Below, piece by piece: positions 49,571-59,572 of a stretch of 64,000 nucleotides of DNA. The notes beneath the pieces are model-generated. The model had not been told where the DNA came from and made no database searches. It was given only the letters and a program-made list of their open reading frames with translations. The stretch is taken from contig CAZPHC010000002.1 of assembly GCA_964586155.1 (NCBI GenBank), positions 8,403-72,402 on the forward strand, in the 5' to 3' direction. Positions within the stretch are counted from its first letter, which is position 1, and each line of letters opens with the position of its first letter. The translations under genes were made by a program, and so were the position numbers. This DNA comes from an uncultured Enterobacteriaceae bacterium. GTDB taxonomy: Bacteria; Myxococcota_A; UBA9042.

Positions 49571-51747
49571 CGCGTCCCTTCGCCAGGGCCGGATGCCGGC
49601 GCGGCGGTGTCGACCGAGAGTGTGACGAGGAAGGCGCGGCCCGGCAACGGGAAGCCCACCAGATCGTCGTCACCGGCGTCGAGCGCGTTGTCGACGCGGG
49701 CGTCGAGGCGCAGGCCGTTCCAGGCGAGGCCCAGGCCGGCGTCGACGCGGGTGCGGGCCGGCAGCACCACGAGGTTGGCCCGGTCGGCGAAGCGGCCAGC
49801 GCGCCAACGCACCGCGGCGAAGGGGCTCATGCGGAGCGGGCCGATCGCGAGGTCGAGCGCGGCGATCCGCGCCGATCCCCGGCTCGCGGGCAGCAGCGGC
49901 AGGGCTCGGCCGACGTAGGCCGGATCGGCGGACTCGTCGCGGGCGCGGGTCCATTGGCCGCTGAGCTGGAGCTCGACGACGCTCCACGCGAACGCGCTCA
50001 GCGACGCCTCGGCGCTGCCGATGTCGGCGGTCGCGACGTTCTGCCAGACCGAGGTCGTCGGCGACGCCCGCACCAGCGTGATCAGGTCGTCGTGGCGCCG
50101 CCAACTCGCGCCGATCCGGGCCTGGAGGGCGATCGGACCGAGGCCCGGCACGCCAGGGCCGAGCGCGCCTTCGAGCGCGGCATCGAGGCCGGCGCTGCGT
50201 TCGTCGCGCAGGGTCGCGTTGCCGCGGATGACGCCGTCGTCGCCGAAGAGCTCGAGCAGGTTCGGCGCCCGTCGAGCCCAGGTCGCGCCGACGGTGGCGC
50301 GCAGACGGCTGTCGGGCTGGAGCGCCACGGCGATGCGCCCGGTCGGCAGCGCCCGCCACGGAACGACCTTGCGCTGCCACGCCCCCGAGAAGGCCGGATC
50401 GTCGGCCCGTTCGCTGCGTGCGGTCGCGATGCCGGCGCGCGGCTCGACACGCACGAGCCCCGCCTTGCTCTGCCACGGCGCCGCGACCCCGAGCTCGCCG
50501 CCGAGCAAGGTCGAGGTCGGCTGCCGCCGCGCGCTCGCGGCGTCGACGCCTTCGACCCTGCCGTAGCGGCCGAGCAAGCGCGCCGACGGCTGCCAACCCC
50601 CCACGCGCCGACCTTGCCAGCGGGTCGAGGCTTCGACCGCGTCGACGTCGATCGTGCGGGCGCGACGGGCCGCGAGCTCGCCCTCGCTGTCGTCGACGAT
50701 CTGGCGCTGGAACGCGCCACGGACGACAGCCTCGCCGAGCCCGAGCGCGCCCTGGTGCTGCAGCTGCAGCGCCACGTCCTGGCGTTGGTGGTCGAGGCGC
50801 GCATGCAACGCCGGGTTGCTCGCCGCGCCCGGCACGCCCTGGGTGCGCTGGTCGACGAGCCAGCGGCCGCGGAGTCGGGTGCGCCGGCCGAGCCGCAGCG
50901 TCTGCGCCGCGAGCAGGCCCAGGCGCTGCACGTCGTTGTTGGCCCGCACGGCGTCGCGATCGTCGCCGGCGACCAGCGGCGTACCGCCGTCATCGCGGTA
51001 GCGGAAGTCGTTGGTCGCGGTCAGCCAGCGCGCGCCGAGCACGCCGGGGCCGAAGATCCCGCCTGCGCGACGGGTGGACGCGGCGCTGTCGGTCGGATCG
51101 ACGGTCGCCGTCGGCGCGCGCTCGTCCTCGCCCCAGCCAACCAACCCCTCGACGAAGGTCGCGCCGAAGCTGCCGACGCCGACCCGGGCGCGTGGATCGC
51201 CGCCGCCGTGCAACGAGAGGTCGATCGCGCCGCCCATCGCGTCCGGGCCGAGCGTGAGCGGCGCCCCCGACGGGTAGATCGCCGCCGATCGAAGCAACCC
51301 CAACGGCAGCGACTCGACGTCGAAGGGCTGGCCGATCGGGCTGCCGAGCGGAATGCCGTCGAGCGCCCAGGTCGTCTGCGCCGGTGTGGCGCCGCGGACG
51401 CGGACGACGGTGCTGCTGCCAAAGCCGCCGACGCGCTCGACGGTCAGGCTCGGCTGCACCGAGAGGGCGTCGCTGAGGTCCCGGTGCTGGCCGCGGACGG
51501 TGTCGCCTTCGATCCGCGTCGGCGCGTCGGCGCGTGGGGGCTCGCGGTGACGGCCATGCACGCGGATGGTCGGGGCCTGCGGCGTCGCGCCGGCGTTCTG
51601 GGGAGTCGCCGCGTCGGCGAGTGGCACGGCGTCGTTGGCGAGCGCGACGGCAGCGGGCAGGGCGCTGCACGTCACCAGGAGCCAGCGGGCAAGGGAGCCC
51701 GGGAGCCGACGGCCGAGGGCGAAGCGGCGCCGCGCGGCCGTCGGCAT
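49567..51747 (-). CDS. TonB-dependent outer-membrane receptor
   Basis: It has a signal peptide, a plug-domain motif (DALSVQPSLTVERVGGFGSSTVVRVRG) and a 22-strand-barrel-like remainder with a terminal aromatic region. Confidence 0.8.
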   Translation of the reverse strand: MPTAARRRFALGRRLPGSLARWLLVTCSALPAAVALANDAVPLADAATPQNAGATPQAPTIRVHGRHREPPRADAPTRIEGDTVRGQHRDLSDALSVQPSLTVERVGGFGSSTVVRVRGATPAQTTWALDGIPLGSPIGQPFDVESLPLGLLRSAAIYPSGAPLTLGPDAMGGAIDLSLHGGGDPRARVGVGSFGATFVEGLVGWGEDERAPTATVDPTDSAASTRRAGGIFGPGVLGARWLTATNDFRYRDDGGTPLVAGDDRDAVRANNDVQRLGLLAAQTLRLGRRTRLRGRWLVDQRTQGVPGAASNPALHARLDHQRQDVALQLQHQGALGLGEAVVRGAFQRQIVDDSEGELAARRARTIDVDAVEASTRWQGRRVGGWQPSARLLGRYGRVEGVDAASARRQPTSTLLGGELGVAAPWQSKAGLVRVEPRAGIATARSERADDPAFSGAWQRKVVPWRALPTGRIAVALQPDSRLRATVGATWARRAPNLLELFGDDGVIRGNATLRDERSAGLDAALEGALGPGVPGLGPIALQARIGASWRRHDDLITLVRASPTTSVWQNVATADIGSAEASLSAFAWSVVELQLSGQWTRARDESADPAYVGRALPLLPASRGSARIAALDLAIGPLRMSPFAAVRWRAGRFADRANLVVLPARTRVDAGLGLAWNGLRLDARVDNALDAGDDDLVGFPLPGRAFLVTLSVDTAAPASGPGEGTR

Positions 51748-51755
51748 CGCGAGGA

Positions 51756-52952
51756 TCAGGGCGCGCCGCAGACGTTCTTCACCGAGTCACAGGCCGAGAG
51801 CATCAGCGGCACGGTGATCGCGGTGTGCTGGCCGGCGGGGATGTCCTTGATGGTCATGCTGCCGCCCTCGAAGATCGCGTTCTGGTTGGCGTCGAGGACC
51901 GAGACCCGCACACCGATCGCGGAGGTCTGGATGCCGCAGATGACCAGGCCCTTGGCCCCGGGCGGGATGGCGCAGGTCGGCGTGGCGAACTGCATGTCGA
52001 TGACGCGCGCCTCGTAGCTCGAGTTCGGGCCGATGTTGCAAGGCTTCTTGGCCCACGGGTCGTTCATCGGCACGACGACCTTGTTGCCCGTGGCGGTGTC
52101 GCTGACCTCGATGAAGACCGACTGGCTGTTGTGCTGGCCGCAGGTGCCGCCGTCCGAGAACTGCCAGTCCAGGCTGATGATGGCCCGCAGGTCGACGATG
52201 TCGATCGGGGTCTGCACCAGCATCGTCGCCGACGGCGAGACCTGGATCGGGCCGAACGCAGTCGGGTTGCCGTAGATGATGCTGCCGTCGGCGGTCGAGG
52301 CGTCGAGCTGCAGGTAGACCGTACCCACGGGCACATCGACCAGGTTCGCGCCGCCGGCGCTGCAGGCGACGCTGCCCGAGGCCAGGACCTTGGACTTGGT
52401 CGAGTCGAGGATCGAGGCGGTGACCTTGGTCAGGCTGCGCTGGGCGCAGGCGACCTGCGGCGACTGGCCGTCGATGGTCCAAGAGAGTTGGACCGCGCCC
52501 TTGCCGCCGCCGGTGGACACGCCGCCGCCGTTGAGACCGACGATCGGGGTCGTCGTCACGCCGTTGGCCTCGACGAAGAGGTTGCTGATGCTGACCTGCG
52601 TCACGAGCGTGTTGCCGTTGCTGAAGCCGTCGATGGTCACGGTGTGCACGCCCGGGTTCACCACCAGCGTCGTGAAGCCCTTGTCGCATGCGATGCCGCC
52701 CTTGGCGACCTCGGCGAAGCCGGCGGCGACGGAGCGGACCCGGACGGACGCGACGCCGAGGGCGTTGCAGTCCCCGGTGGCCCACTGCACCTCGATGGTG
52801 CCCATGCCGGACGTGCTCGTGTTCACGATGCAGCCCGTGCTGAACACCGTCGTCAGCGCGGTCAGCAGCAGCGTGGCGAAGCGGCGCGGCCCGAGGGCGC
52901 CGCGGGGTGGTGTGGACGAGGGCAAACGGACGATGGATGTGGTCTTTGTCAT
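51756..52952 (-). CDS. Hypothetical lipoprotein (398 aa), Thr/Ser/Val/Gly-rich beta-sandwich-like, first gene of the TBDR operon
   Basis: The lipobox is VFSTGC. It lies 8 nt upstream of the TBDR start, and its GC is slightly lower (about 63%). Confidence 0.7.
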   Translation of the reverse strand: MTKTTSIVRLPSSTPPRGALGPRRFATLLLTALTTVFSTGCIVNTSTSGMGTIEVQWATGDCNALGVASVRVRSVAAGFAEVAKGGIACDKGFTTLVVNPGVHTVTIDGFSNGNTLVTQVSISNLFVEANGVTTTPIVGLNGGGVSTGGGKGAVQLSWTIDGQSPQVACAQRSLTKVTASILDSTKSKVLASGSVACSAGGANLVDVPVGTVYLQLDASTADGSIIYGNPTAFGPIQVSPSATMLVQTPIDIVDLRAIISLDWQFSDGGTCGQHNSQSVFIEVSDTATGNKVVVPMNDPWAKKPCNIGPNSSYEARVIDMQFATPTCAIPPGAKGLVICGIQTSAIGVRVSVLDANQNAIFEGGSMTIKDIPAGQHTAITVPLMLSACDSVKNVCGAP

Positions 52953-53098
52953 GGTGAACCTCCGCCCTGGTCAACGCCTGGACGCGGAGTCTATTCGATG
53001 ACCTCCTTGATGCAAGCGCGCTGCGGACCTGGCCGTCTGGGTCGAGTTTTTGACCGGATGCCCTCGCCTGGGACCATGGGGCCCGAGGAGGGCGCGAC

Positions 53099-54085
53099 GT
53101 GGTCCCGCAGCGATCCGACATCGACGACGCGCAGGCGGGCCGGAGATCCGGCCTCGATCGCGTGGCAATGCGTCTGGGGGTGGGCGCGATCGGCGTCGTA
53201 TGCCTCGCCGCCGGTGGCTGCGTCTCGTTGCAGCTTGGGCCCGTGACGCCGCCGCTGGCCGCGAGCTGGCTCGCAGACCGCGGCGCGCTCGAGACCGGCC
53301 TGACCGATCCGGGGCGATCGACGCCGTCGCCGCGGCAGGCAGGACGGCGCGTCGCCAAGGTCTCGACCAGCGAGCGCCCCGTCGGGCCCATCGGCACCTG
53401 GCCGCCGCCGAGGGCGTCGCGACCCGTACCCGAGCGCGCTCCGGCGCCTGCGCACAAGCCGGCGTCGGGCTCGGCGTCATCGACCTCGCCGCAGGCAGCG
53501 AGCGCGCCGGCGCCTGCCCCAGGACCCACGCAGGCGCCGCGACAAGAGGCCAAGGCCCAGCCAGCGGCGAACCCGCCCGCCGCAGCGGGCACGGCGGCCC
53601 CGGACGCCCGCGCGGCCGAGCGCGTCGCCGCCGCCCAGCGCCTGCTCGACCGCGTCGGCAACGCCGACCAGCCCCTCGTGGACGAGATCCTGCACGCGGC
53701 CGGGCAGGGCATCGCGATCTCGTCGCGCGTGGTCTATGCGGCGGGGCTGCTGGCGCACCTGCGCGAGGAGGGCAAGGAGGTCGCGCGCGGCGCCGTGGCC
53801 CCGGGCGACGTCGCGTTCTTTCGCGACACCCTCGACCTCAACGGCAACCGTCGCCCGGACGATGGGGTGACGTTCGCGGCGCTGGTCGAGCGGGTCGAGG
53901 CCGGGCGCGTCGTGGTCATCGCCCGGCGCGGTGGTCGCGTGCGCCGCCTGGCGCTGGATCCCAGCCGCCCGACCGCCGTTCACGACGAGCACGGCCAGGT
54001 CGTCAACACCCGCCTGGTGCAGTGGCCCGGGCAGCCGGCGCCGTGGACCACGGGCCAGTGCCTCGCCGCCTACGCCCGCCCGTAG
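53099..54085 (+). CDS. Lipoprotein with a Pro/Ala-rich linker and a C-terminal NlpC/P60-like region (GDVAFF motif) that lacks an obvious catalytic Cys
   Basis: The GTG at 53099 has GGAGG 7 nt upstream; an alternative ATG at 53168 gives MRLGVGAIGVVCLAAGGC. The lipobox is LAAGGC. Confidence 0.55.
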   Translation: MVPQRSDIDDAQAGRRSGLDRVAMRLGVGAIGVVCLAAGGCVSLQLGPVTPPLAASWLADRGALETGLTDPGRSTPSPRQAGRRVAKVSTSERPVGPIGTWPPPRASRPVPERAPAPAHKPASGSASSTSPQAASAPAPAPGPTQAPRQEAKAQPAANPPAAAGTAAPDARAAERVAAAQRLLDRVGNADQPLVDEILHAAGQGIAISSRVVYAAGLLAHLREEGKEVARGAVAPGDVAFFRDTLDLNGNRRPDDGVTFAALVERVEAGRVVVIARRGGRVRRLALDPSRPTAVHDEHGQVVNTRLVQWPGQPAPWTTGQCLAAYARP

Positions 54086-54103
54086 GCGTCGCCCGCACCG
54101 CGT

Positions 54104-56686
54104 TCAGACGCGCAACCAGACCAACGTGGCGCCGTCGCCGCCTTCGCTCCGGCCGCCCTTGCGGCTCGACGCGACCTGCCGATGGCCGCGCAGGTGCGAC
54201 TCGACCGCCTTCTTCAGCGCGCCGGTGCCGTGACCGTGGACGATCGTCACGCCGAATTTGCCCTGGACGATCGCGCGATCGAGGAAGGCATCGACCTGCG
54301 CCAGCGCCTCGTCCACGCGCATGCCGCGCAGGTCGCAGGTGGAGTCCTCGGAGCGCATCGACGCGGTCGCCGCGGCGTCCTCGTGGGCCGCCTCGGCCGG
54401 GAGGTCGACGGCGGGGTGGGCGCCGGGCGCGCCCGACGCGGTCGATGGCGACGAGGACGGGGGCGGCGTCGGGGGCGGTCGGCCGTGGCCAGGGCCGACA
54501 CCGGCGCGTTGTGGACGGTCGCTGACCTGGTGCACTGCCTCTGTGTCGCGCCGGGCCCGCTGCTGCGGCGGGCGGTTGTCGCCGCCGGACGGCCGCGTCA
54601 GGTCGGCCAGGCTGGCGCGGACCTCGAGCGCGCCAGCGGCGACCCGGACCTCGCCGCGCCGTTCGTCGATCTCGACCACGCGGACGATGCGGCCAAGGCC
54701 GGGGTGGAAGACCTCGCTGCCGGGGCGCAAGGCCTCGACGGCGACGGGTTCGCGTCGCGCTGCCGCGCCGTCCGTCGCGGTCGCCGTCTTGGCCCGAAGC
54801 TCGCGCTGCTGCGCAAGGAGCTGCCTGCTCCACTTCTCCAACGCCTGCGGCGGCGCCTGGCTGGTCGCGGCGGCCTTGGCTTCTTGCAGCTGTGCCTGCA
54901 CGCGGTCGATCTCGGCCATCGCTGCGCGTGCGGCCTCGGCGATGCGCTTGTCGGCGGCGAGCTGCTCGTGACGGCGCTGCGCTTCGAGCCGCTCGCGCGC
55001 TTCGTCGAGCTGTCGTCTGGCCGCGCGCTGCTCGTCGAGCGATCGCTGCAGCTCGCGCTGCATCGCGTCGAGGCGTTCGAGCAGCGCCGTCGTGTCGGCG
55101 CCGCCGCCGCCCAGCAGCGCGCCGGCGCGGTCCAGCACCGCCCTGGGCATGCCGACGCGGGCGGCCAGCGCCAGCGGGTTGCTCGAGCCGACCGCGCCCA
55201 GGTGCAGGCGGAACGTCGGCGCCGAGGTCTTGGCGTCGAGCTCGAGCGCGGCGTTGGCGAAGCGGCGATCGGCGGTCGCCATGAGCTTGACGGCCTCGTC
55301 GTGGGTCGTCACCACGCCCATCGAGGCGGTCGTGGCCAGCGTTTCGAGCACGGCGCGGGCAAGGGCCGAGCCCGCCGCGGGTTCGGTGCCCGAGGCGATC
55401 TCGTCGATCAGGACCAGCCGCCGTGGCGCGCCCTCGCAGCGATCGAGCACGCCGCGCAGGCGCTCGAGGTGGCCCGAGAAGGTCGACAGCCCGCGGTCGA
55501 GGTCCTGGGCGTCACCGAGCACGATGTCGACGCCGGCGACCCAGGGCACCACCGAGCCCTCGGCGGCGCAGACGTAGAGGCCGAGGCGCGCCATCTCGGT
55601 CGCGAGCGCGACGGTGGTCAGCGTCACGGTCTTGCCGCCGCCGTTGGGGCCGCTGATCACCAGCCAGCGCGGGCCCTGACCGTCGGCGTCGTCCGCCGCG
55701 GCGGAGTCGAGCCGCACGTGCGCCGGCACCATCGCGACGTCGTTGGCGACGACCCGGCCTCCTTCGAGCACCAGCAGCGGATGGCGCGCCTTGCGCAGCG
55801 TCAGCGACGGCGCCTGCACCAGCGTCGGTCGGGTCGCGCCGAGCGCGACGGCGAGCCGTGCGCTGGCAAAGACGAGATCGAGCGTGGCGAGGCCGTCGGC
55901 CGCCTGCAACGCTTCGTCGGCGATGCCGCCGACGTCGGCCGAGAGCGACGCGAGGATCCGGCGCTCCTCGGCGCGGACGTCCTCGATCGCCATGGCCAGG
56001 CGGTTGTTCTGCGCCACGAGCTCGGTCGGCTCGACGTAGACGGTCGCCCCCGTGGCCGAACTGCCGTGGACGATGCCCTCGACCATCCGCCGATCCGACG
56101 CCTTGACCGGCAGGACGAAGCGGTCGTTGCGCACGGTCCAATAGTCGTCTTGCAGCAAGCCGGCGCTGTCGCTGTCGCGCACCAGCTCGCCGATGCGCTT
56201 GCGCATGCCCGCCGACAGGCTGCGCACCTCGCCGCGCAGGCGGCGCAACGCCGGGCTCGCGTCGTCACGCAGCTCGCCGTGTTCGTCGAACGACTCGACC
56301 AGATCGGTCGCGACGGCACGCGGCGCTGGCATCCGTCGCGCCAGCTCGGCCAGCGAGGGCGCGACCGGTCGCCAGGCCTCGGTCCGGCGCGCGATCTCGC
56401 AGCTGCACTGCAACATCGCGCCGATCCGCCGCAACTCGACGGCGTCGAGCACCGATCCGCGCCGCGCGCGCGCCACGGCGTCGTCGATGGCCAGGTGGTC
56501 GGCGACGGCGATCGCCAGCTGCCGATCCGCGAGCGCGACGGCCTCACCGACCCAGCGCAGCCGCTCGTCGGCCTCGGCCGCGTTCGACGCGGGGCGCCGG
56601 TCCATGGCGCGCTCGGCGCCGAGGTCGCTGTCGCAGCTGCGGGCGAGCGCCTCGCGGACTCGTTGCAGGCCGGGGACTTCGAGCAT
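54104..56686 (-). CDS. mutS2: endonuclease MutS2 (MutS domain plus C-terminal Smr domain)
   Basis: Walker A is GPNGGGKT. The Smr domain at the C-terminus reads DLRGMRVDEALAQVD...VTIVHGHGTGAL. The ATG at 56686 has GGGAGG upstream. The 1384-aa track ORF is an upstream extension. Confidence 0.9.
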   Translation of the reverse strand: MLEVPGLQRVREALARSCDSDLGAERAMDRRPASNAAEADERLRWVGEAVALADRQLAIAVADHLAIDDAVARARRGSVLDAVELRRIGAMLQCSCEIARRTEAWRPVAPSLAELARRMPAPRAVATDLVESFDEHGELRDDASPALRRLRGEVRSLSAGMRKRIGELVRDSDSAGLLQDDYWTVRNDRFVLPVKASDRRMVEGIVHGSSATGATVYVEPTELVAQNNRLAMAIEDVRAEERRILASLSADVGGIADEALQAADGLATLDLVFASARLAVALGATRPTLVQAPSLTLRKARHPLLVLEGGRVVANDVAMVPAHVRLDSAAADDADGQGPRWLVISGPNGGGKTVTLTTVALATEMARLGLYVCAAEGSVVPWVAGVDIVLGDAQDLDRGLSTFSGHLERLRGVLDRCEGAPRRLVLIDEIASGTEPAAGSALARAVLETLATTASMGVVTTHDEAVKLMATADRRFANAALELDAKTSAPTFRLHLGAVGSSNPLALAARVGMPRAVLDRAGALLGGGGADTTALLERLDAMQRELQRSLDEQRAARRQLDEARERLEAQRRHEQLAADKRIAEAARAAMAEIDRVQAQLQEAKAAATSQAPPQALEKWSRQLLAQQRELRAKTATATDGAAARREPVAVEALRPGSEVFHPGLGRIVRVVEIDERRGEVRVAAGALEVRASLADLTRPSGGDNRPPQQRARRDTEAVHQVSDRPQRAGVGPGHGRPPPTPPPSSSPSTASGAPGAHPAVDLPAEAAHEDAAATASMRSEDSTCDLRGMRVDEALAQVDAFLDRAIVQGKFGVTIVHGHGTGALKKAVESHLRGHRQVASSRKGGRSEGGDGATLVWLRV

Positions 56687-56825
56687 GGTCCTCCCAAGGT
56701 CCGGCGCGGGGCCGGTCACCCGAAGCGGCGCGTCGCGCGGGTTCCCACCGCGCTTGCCCGTCCGGGGGGCGCACCCTATCATCGGCCCGTTCGGCTGCGG
56801 AAGGCATGTGCAGGGGGGCGGGGCG

Positions 56826-59546
56826 ATGCAGGGCGAATCGATGCCAACGCGAGCGGCGCGCCCGGGTTCCCGCGCAGAGACCAGCGCCGACGGTGGCGTG
56901 CGCGCGACGATCCGCGGCAGCGGCCGCGCCAACTGGGACGAGTTCCGCGTCGCGACGTCCAAGGAACCGACGGTCCTGGGCCGCGCGGTGCCTTTTGTCG
57001 GTCGCCGCCCCGATCTCGAGCGCCTGTACGACGTGCTGCGCGCAGCGCTGAACCAACGTGATTGCCGCGCTGCCTGGGTCCATGGCGGTGCTGGTGTCGG
57101 CAAGAGCCGCCTGATCAGCGAGCTCGAGCGCGCGGTCGCGCCGACGCGCCGCGGCGTCGCCTGGCTCGAGGTCTCGGCCGCGCCGGATGCCTCCGGGCCG
57201 CCGTCGCTGGTCGGCCGCATCCTCTTCGCCCTGCTCGGCGCCGACTCGCTGCTCGGCAGCCCGGACGCCTGGCGCCTGCTCAGCCAGCGCGTCGCCGAGC
57301 TCATCGGTGACCGCCACGCCGCCGAGAGCATGGCCATCGTCGGGCCGTTGCTGGGCCTCGGCAACCCGGACATCGACGGCGAGGCCGGCCGCGTGGTCGA
57401 CGCCCAGCCAGAGCTCGCGCTGCAGCTGCTCGGTGGTCTGCTGCGGGCGCGCGCGCGCCAGGGTCCGCTGGTGCTGCGCATCGACGCCAGCCGCGGCAAC
57501 GTCGACGAGGTCGCCGCCGCCTGTCGCTCGCTGCTCGAGGCGCTGGCCGGCATCGCCGCCGCCCTGCTGCTCGAATCCCGGCGCTCGCCTCCGCGTGGGC
57601 TGGCAGCCACGCCGATCGCGCTCTCGCCGCTGGGGCCAGAGGCGTCCGCGGCGCTGGTCCAGCACATCCTGCAGGGCGTCGAAGGGGCGCCCGATGGCCT
57701 GGCCAAGGAGATCGTCGACCGCGCCGCGGGTTCGCCCGAGCGGATCGTCGACCTCGTGCGCGGCATGGTCTCGGCCCGCGACCTCGTGACGACGAACTCG
57801 GCGTGGCATTGGCGCGGCCAGACCGAGCCCGGCAGCGCTCGTTTGATCCCGTTGCCGGAGTCGTCGCACGGCGAGGCGCTGCCCGATCGCATCGCCCGGC
57901 TGCCCGAGGAGCTGCGCGAGGTCGTCGACGCAGCTGCGATCTTCGGCCCGATCTTCCACTTCGGCGGCGCGCTCTCGGTGCTGCGTGGCACCCGTCGCGA
58001 CGCCGCGGACGCCATGAGCGATCGCGACAAGACGCGGCTCAAGGCTGCGCTCATGCAGCTGCAGGCCGGCGAGTTGATCCGGTTTGTCGACGAGGCGCGC
58101 CGCGGTGCCGACGTCGCCTTCGCCTTCGAGGCGTCGGGCGACGCCGCGCTGCTGTCGGCGGCGCTCTCGCCCGAGCGACGGCGTCTCCAGGCCCGCCTGG
58201 CCGCCCAATGGCTCAGCGCCAGGCCGATCCAGGATCCGATCGCCGATCCGGCGCGCATCGCCGACCTGCTGCTCGCCGGCGGCCGATTGCGTCAGGCGGC
58301 GGAGCGCTACCTCGAGGCCGGCGAGGCTGCGCGCAGCGTCGGCCAGACCCAGCGCGCGGTCGAGCTCTTCGCCACGGGGGCGCGCCTGGTCGAGAGCGAC
58401 GACGCCGACCTGGGCGCGGACCTGCGCATCGCGCTCGGCGGTGGCCTGCTGCGCCTGGCGCGCGCGTCCGAGGCCGAGCCGATCCTGCTCGAAGCGCTGA
58501 AGATGGCGCGCACCCTCGAAGACGACCGGCGCTGCGGCGTCGCCCAGCTGCGCGTGGCCCAGGTCGCTCGCGTCTGCGGCCACTACGAGACCGCCATCAG
58601 CTTCCTGGACGGCGCGCTCAAGCACTTTCGCGTCGCCGGCGAGCATCGCTGGATCGCCGACGTCATGGACGAGCTCGGCCTCTGCCACGCGAGCCGCGGC
58701 GACAACGACGCGCTGCGCGACGCGCTCGCCCACTTCCTCAAGGCGTTGGCGCTGCGCCGTCGCTCCGAGGATCGCCGCGTGCTCGCGCGCTCGCTCTGCC
58801 ATATCGCACGGGTCCACGTCGCGCGCGGCCTGCTCGACGACGCGCTCGAGGCCGCCGAAGAGGCGGTGCAGATCTGCGAGCAGATCGTCGACCGCTGGGG
58901 CATGGCGCAGTCACGCCTGGTCCTGGGCGAGGTCCACGCGGCGGCCGGTCGTTTCCGCAGCGCCGTCACCTCGTGGAACCAGGCCTCCGAGCTGGCCGCC
59001 GAGCTGGGGGATCCCGCGCGCAAGCTGGAGATCGCGCTCTGCCACGCCGAGGCCGCCATCGCGGCGGGGCAATGGCAGGAGGCCGCGGCGCTGCTCGTCG
59101 ATCACATCGAGACTGCGCGCTACGTCGACGATCCCGAGCTGCGCAGCGGCTTCTACCGCGTCCAGGCCAGCGTCTCGCTCGAGCGCGAAGCCTACGAGAC
59201 CGCCGATCTCGACAGCCTCAAGGCCGTGGAGGTCGCGCGCGAGTCCAACGCCAAGGCCAGCGTCGCGCGCGCGCTGCTGGTGCGAGGCTGCGTGCTCGGC
59301 ACCCGCGCGCTGCTCGGCAGCGGCAGCAGCAGCACGCTGCTCGATCGCGAGACCACGACGACCTTCGACGAGGCCCTCGATTCGCTGGCGAAGATGGGCG
59401 ACCTGGTGCGCCAGCTCGCCGGCCTGCGCAGCTACGTCCACTACCTGACGCAGCGCGGCGGCGGCCCACGGCTGGCCGAGGTCGAGCTGCGCATGCGTGG
59501 CGTCGAGCAGCAGCTGGCCAAGGTCTCGGGGCGCCGCCAGGGCTGA
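56826..59546 (+). CDS. AAA+ (AAA_16/STAND-like) NTPase with a C-terminal TPR repeat array and no recognisable output domain
   Basis: Walker A is WVHGGAGVGKSRL. The C-terminal half is rich in TPR-like Ala/Leu repeats. The ATG is at 56826. Confidence 0.8.
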   Translation: MQGESMPTRAARPGSRAETSADGGVRATIRGSGRANWDEFRVATSKEPTVLGRAVPFVGRRPDLERLYDVLRAALNQRDCRAAWVHGGAGVGKSRLISELERAVAPTRRGVAWLEVSAAPDASGPPSLVGRILFALLGADSLLGSPDAWRLLSQRVAELIGDRHAAESMAIVGPLLGLGNPDIDGEAGRVVDAQPELALQLLGGLLRARARQGPLVLRIDASRGNVDEVAAACRSLLEALAGIAAALLLESRRSPPRGLAATPIALSPLGPEASAALVQHILQGVEGAPDGLAKEIVDRAAGSPERIVDLVRGMVSARDLVTTNSAWHWRGQTEPGSARLIPLPESSHGEALPDRIARLPEELREVVDAAAIFGPIFHFGGALSVLRGTRRDAADAMSDRDKTRLKAALMQLQAGELIRFVDEARRGADVAFAFEASGDAALLSAALSPERRRLQARLAAQWLSARPIQDPIADPARIADLLLAGGRLRQAAERYLEAGEAARSVGQTQRAVELFATGARLVESDDADLGADLRIALGGGLLRLARASEAEPILLEALKMARTLEDDRRCGVAQLRVAQVARVCGHYETAISFLDGALKHFRVAGEHRWIADVMDELGLCHASRGDNDALRDALAHFLKALALRRRSEDRRVLARSLCHIARVHVARGLLDDALEAAEEAVQICEQIVDRWGMAQSRLVLGEVHAAAGRFRSAVTSWNQASELAAELGDPARKLEIALCHAEAAIAAGQWQEAAALLVDHIETARYVDDPELRSGFYRVQASVSLEREAYETADLDSLKAVEVARESNAKASVARALLVRGCVLGTRALLGSGSSSTLLDRETTTTFDEALDSLAKMGDLVRQLAGLRSYVHYLTQRGGGPRLAEVELRMRGVEQQLAKVSGRRQG

Positions 59547-59572
59547 GAGCCGGGCGCCGGACACCCGGGCGG

